Positions 61,345 to 64,000 of a DNA stretch of 64,000 bases are shown here, one piece after another (position 1 is the stretch's first letter; every line of letters begins with the position of its first letter). The stretch is taken from assembly GCA_965205265.1 (NCBI GenBank), contig CBDBGH010000003.1:2048001-2112000 (forward strand), in the 5' to 3' direction. Under the pieces are notes generated by a model that saw only the letters and a program-made list of their open reading frames with translations, was not told the DNA's origin and made no database searches. Source of the DNA: Alphaproteobacteria bacterium (GTDB taxonomy: Bacteria > Pseudomonadota > Alphaproteobacteria > Bin95). Position numbers and translations under genes: made by a program.

Positions 61345-62475
61345 TTAGGGCAGCGGCGGCTCCATTTGAAGCGTGAGGCACACCCGCCGCGCAGCGCTCC
61401 ACTCTTCCTCGTCCATGGCCTGTCGAAGCCCCGGAAGTCCGGCAGCACGGATATGCGCCAGCCTTTCGGCAGTCGCCGGATGGGTGGAGAGCAACCCGAA
61501 GAGCGGCCCGTTCTCTTTCCCGTGCTCTTCCTCAAGACGGGCGAAGAAGTCCGCGAGCCCCTCTGTCCCGATACCCGCGGCCTTGAGCCGTTCGAGCGCG
61601 AAGGCGTCCGCGTCGCGCTCCGTGTCGCGCGAATAGCCGGTGTTGACCAGCCATTCGGCGAGCCCGCCGGCCAGGGTGCCGCCCGTCAGATCGCCGAACA
61701 GCACGCCGATCAGCAGCGCGACGGCGAAGGAGCGGTAGAGGGCGCGGGTGGAATCGTCGTGCGCGAGGTGGCCGAGTTCATGCGCGGCGACGCCCGCGAC
61801 CTCCTCCGGGCTGCGGGCATGGACCAGCAGTCCCCGGGTGAAGACCATGATTCCTCCGGGCAGCGCAAAGGCGTTGACCAGAAGGGTATTCACCACGACC
61901 ACCCGCACGGTCGGCGGGTCCGGTAGGTCCGCGGCGAGACGGTCCGCAAGGCGCTGCAGCGCAGCCCGACCGTTGCCGTAGGAACAGAAGCGGCGGCGGC
62001 TTGCCGGCCCGGCCGGCCCCGGCAGCAACTCGGCGACATGGACGAGAACCGTCCGGCCGAGCCGGTATTTGGCGGAGTCGGGAGTGACGGCCGCAAGCTG
62101 GGCCGACAGCAGCGGGATGAGCACCAGGACGATGCCGGCCAGCGACCCGGCGGCAAGCACGGCCCAGAGCGCGATTCGCGCAACCGTCCTTCGGGAAGTC
62201 CGGTGCCGCCGCAACAGATGCGGTGCCGCCTGCCGGAGCGGCGCGACGATTCCCGGATCGTCCACGATGAGCCGCGCCGTCGTGCCCGCGAGGCCCAGCC
62301 GCACCGGCTCCCCCTCGCGCGGCTTCTCCACCAGCCGCACAGCCTCGCCCGGCCAGGACCCGACAATGGGGCCCGCCTCTTCGAAGATCGCAAGCCCGGT
62401 CGCCGCAATCTCGACCTCGACCGGCCGGGAGCGCGCCGTCAGCCCGTCATAGTAGCGCGCCGGATACCGCGCCAT
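61345..62475 (-). CDS. M48 family metallopeptidase
   Basis: NAFALPGG, AHELGH, YSR..E..AD, LSTHP. Confidence 0.9.
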   Translation of the reverse strand: MARYPARYYDGLTARSRPVEVEIAATGLAIFEEAGPIVGSWPGEAVRLVEKPREGEPVRLGLAGTTARLIVDDPGIVAPLRQAAPHLLRRHRTSRRTVARIALWAVLAAGSLAGIVLVLIPLLSAQLAAVTPDSAKYRLGRTVLVHVAELLPGPAGPASRRRFCSYGNGRAALQRLADRLAADLPDPPTVRVVVVNTLLVNAFALPGGIMVFTRGLLVHARSPEEVAGVAAHELGHLAHDDSTRALYRSFAVALLIGVLFGDLTGGTLAGGLAEWLVNTGYSRDTERDADAFALERLKAAGIGTEGLADFFARLEEEHGKENGPLFGLLSTHPATAERLAHIRAAGLPGLRQAMDEEEWSAARRVCLTLQMEPPLP

Positions 62476-62478
62476 GCC

Positions 62479-63672
62479 TCAGAACCCGCCGACATCCAGT
62501 GCCTCCGCCGTCCCCTCGCCGTAGCCCGGCACGACAGCGGAGGACTGCGCGACCTCGTCGAGCGCCCCCGCATTCGAGATTTCCAGCGTCTCGCAGGCGT
62601 GTCTCAGGAGAGGGATATCCAGCAGCAGGGTTCTGAGGATGCCCAGGAATAGCGTCAGCAGAATGGCCGGGATGAACAAGACGATTGCGGCTTCGGGCGA
62701 GGTGCCTGCGAAACCGAACCCTATCGACGCCATGGCGACCACTGAAAGCGCCAGGGCTGCGAATACGGCCAGAACGAAAATCAGGAGTCGCCAAAAAGCG
62801 TATTTCGGTCGAACGAGGGAGACAAACCCGGTGTCGCCAATGGCGAGGCAGCTGAGCATGTGCCGGAATTCGACCGCCCGATACCAGATCCAGGCAAGAA
62901 TCGCGACCGGGCAGAAAGCGAGGGGCCAGAAGGCCACGCGGAGCATGGCATGGCCGGCACTCCTGTTATTTCCCTGGTCCATGAAGAACTGGATGTTTCC
63001 GAACTGCTCCAGATTAAGCGCGACAAAGAGACCGATTCCCGCGATCAGCGGCGCAACAACCGCCAGCCACCGCCGGAACAACCAGCGGGAATTCGGCGCA
63101 AGGGCGAGACCGGCCGTGCCGAAATGCGCGTGGCGGGCGAAATAGCCCAGCGTCGCGACGCGCATCCACGGATAGGCGAGACCGAAGGTTGCAGCCGTCA
63201 GCAGGCCGTAGCCGAACGCGATGCGGGCATAGACGAATGACGAGCCGTGGAGCCCGAAGCGGACGCCGCGCCAGGCCGTGCGCGTCAGCCGGTAGCGCCG
63301 CATGCGGTGGATCGCGATCTGGACCAGGAAGAACAGCACCAGATAGTAGAGCGCTTCGAGCGCGAGCAGCGCATGGTCCGACCCGTCCGCGAACAGGAAT
63401 TGCAGTAGCGAGTAGGCGGCGAACACGGGGAGCAGCACGGCGACGGCGATCAGGAAACCGATGAACAGCTCCCCGCCGGTGCCGAGATATTCGAGCGAAT
63501 CGTCCAGCACAGCGGTGTGCCGCCACACGAACCGCCGGACATGCGTGCGCCCCCAGAAGCGGTAGATGCCGAGCGTCAGGATCGAGAGCAGCAGATTGCG
63601 CAGCATCAGCGCGCCGAGGGCGTCGCGCCGGCCGTCGAACCGCGCTTGCCCGCCCGCTATGCCGTTCGCCAT
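62479..63672 (-). CDS. DUF898 / YjgN family membrane protein
   Basis: N.LLSILTLGIYRFW, LEYLGTGGELFIG, TAWRGVRF; typically paired with an M48 peptidase. Confidence 0.85.
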   Translation of the reverse strand: MANGIAGGQARFDGRRDALGALMLRNLLLSILTLGIYRFWGRTHVRRFVWRHTAVLDDSLEYLGTGGELFIGFLIAVAVLLPVFAAYSLLQFLFADGSDHALLALEALYYLVLFFLVQIAIHRMRRYRLTRTAWRGVRFGLHGSSFVYARIAFGYGLLTAATFGLAYPWMRVATLGYFARHAHFGTAGLALAPNSRWLFRRWLAVVAPLIAGIGLFVALNLEQFGNIQFFMDQGNNRSAGHAMLRVAFWPLAFCPVAILAWIWYRAVEFRHMLSCLAIGDTGFVSLVRPKYAFWRLLIFVLAVFAALALSVVAMASIGFGFAGTSPEAAIVLFIPAILLTLFLGILRTLLLDIPLLRHACETLEISNAGALDEVAQSSAVVPGYGEGTAEALDVGGF

Positions 63673-63768
63673 TCCTGCCTTCCCCGGCCTTCGAACCGCC
63701 CGAAAGAGGCTATAGCATGCGCCGTTGCGGCTCCGTAAGCTTGGCGGCGATTGGAGGACGGCTTCCCG

Positions 63769-64000
63769 ATGAGTGCGGTCGCAACCGGCGGCAGGAGCTT
63801 CTACGGCGCCCGGCTCGGGCTGCTGGTGCGGCGGACGTGCTTTCCCCGCCTTCCCGGCGACCCGGCCAATGCCCGCAGTTTTCCCTTCAGCGTGCGCTAC
63901 GCCGTGCTGGAAGAGGCCGACCGGACGACGGCGCTCGAAGCCGCCGAACGCCTGCTGGACGAGGGTGCGGAAGGCATTGGCCTTGCCTTCAATGCGGAGT
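63769..64000 (+). CDS. Aspartate/glutamate racemase-like protein, N-terminus (truncated by window edge)
   Basis: GGAGG RBS; MSAVATGGRSFYGARLGLL...FPRLPGD..NA.SFPF.V.Y. Confidence 0.65.
   Translation, partial: MSAVATGGRSFYGARLGLLVRRTCFPRLPGDPANARSFPFSVRYAVLEEADRTTALEAAERLLDEGAEGIGLAFNAE

Overview
High-GC alphaproteobacterial chromosome segment, judged from the nrdJ / NDUFA12-mlaD-DUF2155 gene order, yggS and glnE. It is mostly housekeeping and transport: three peptide/nickel-type ABC loci, a class II ribonucleotide reductase, a catabolic cluster, a MarR-EmrAB efflux operon, and an unusually dense Mo/W-oxyanion uptake region (modABC, MOT1-type permease, tupBCA, a type-II ABC importer and an excisionase-HTH/PBP regulator). 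The mobile content is the most striking part. (1) Two near-identical 1916-bp IS1634-family elements (520-2435, 54994-56909) are each flanked by a long target duplication of different length (49 bp and 161 bp), and each duplication copies an intergenic or translation-initiation region so no gene is broken. (2) A 2836-bp IS1595-family element (29504-32339; 27-bp TIRs, 8-bp TSD) carries an apparent complete Dam-class methyltransferase plus putative endonuclease pair and interrupts the binding-protein gene of the type-II importer. Also present: a single-ORF MNT-HEPN antitoxin-toxin fusion, a Phd-VapC pair, an orphan terminase-small-subunit-like gene with its own promoter, long leader and 10-bp phased repeats, and a GlnE whose C-terminal nucleotidyltransferase motif looks degenerate. 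No rRNA, tRNA or CRISPR array was seen. Protein family calls are from motif recognition by eye, not database searches.
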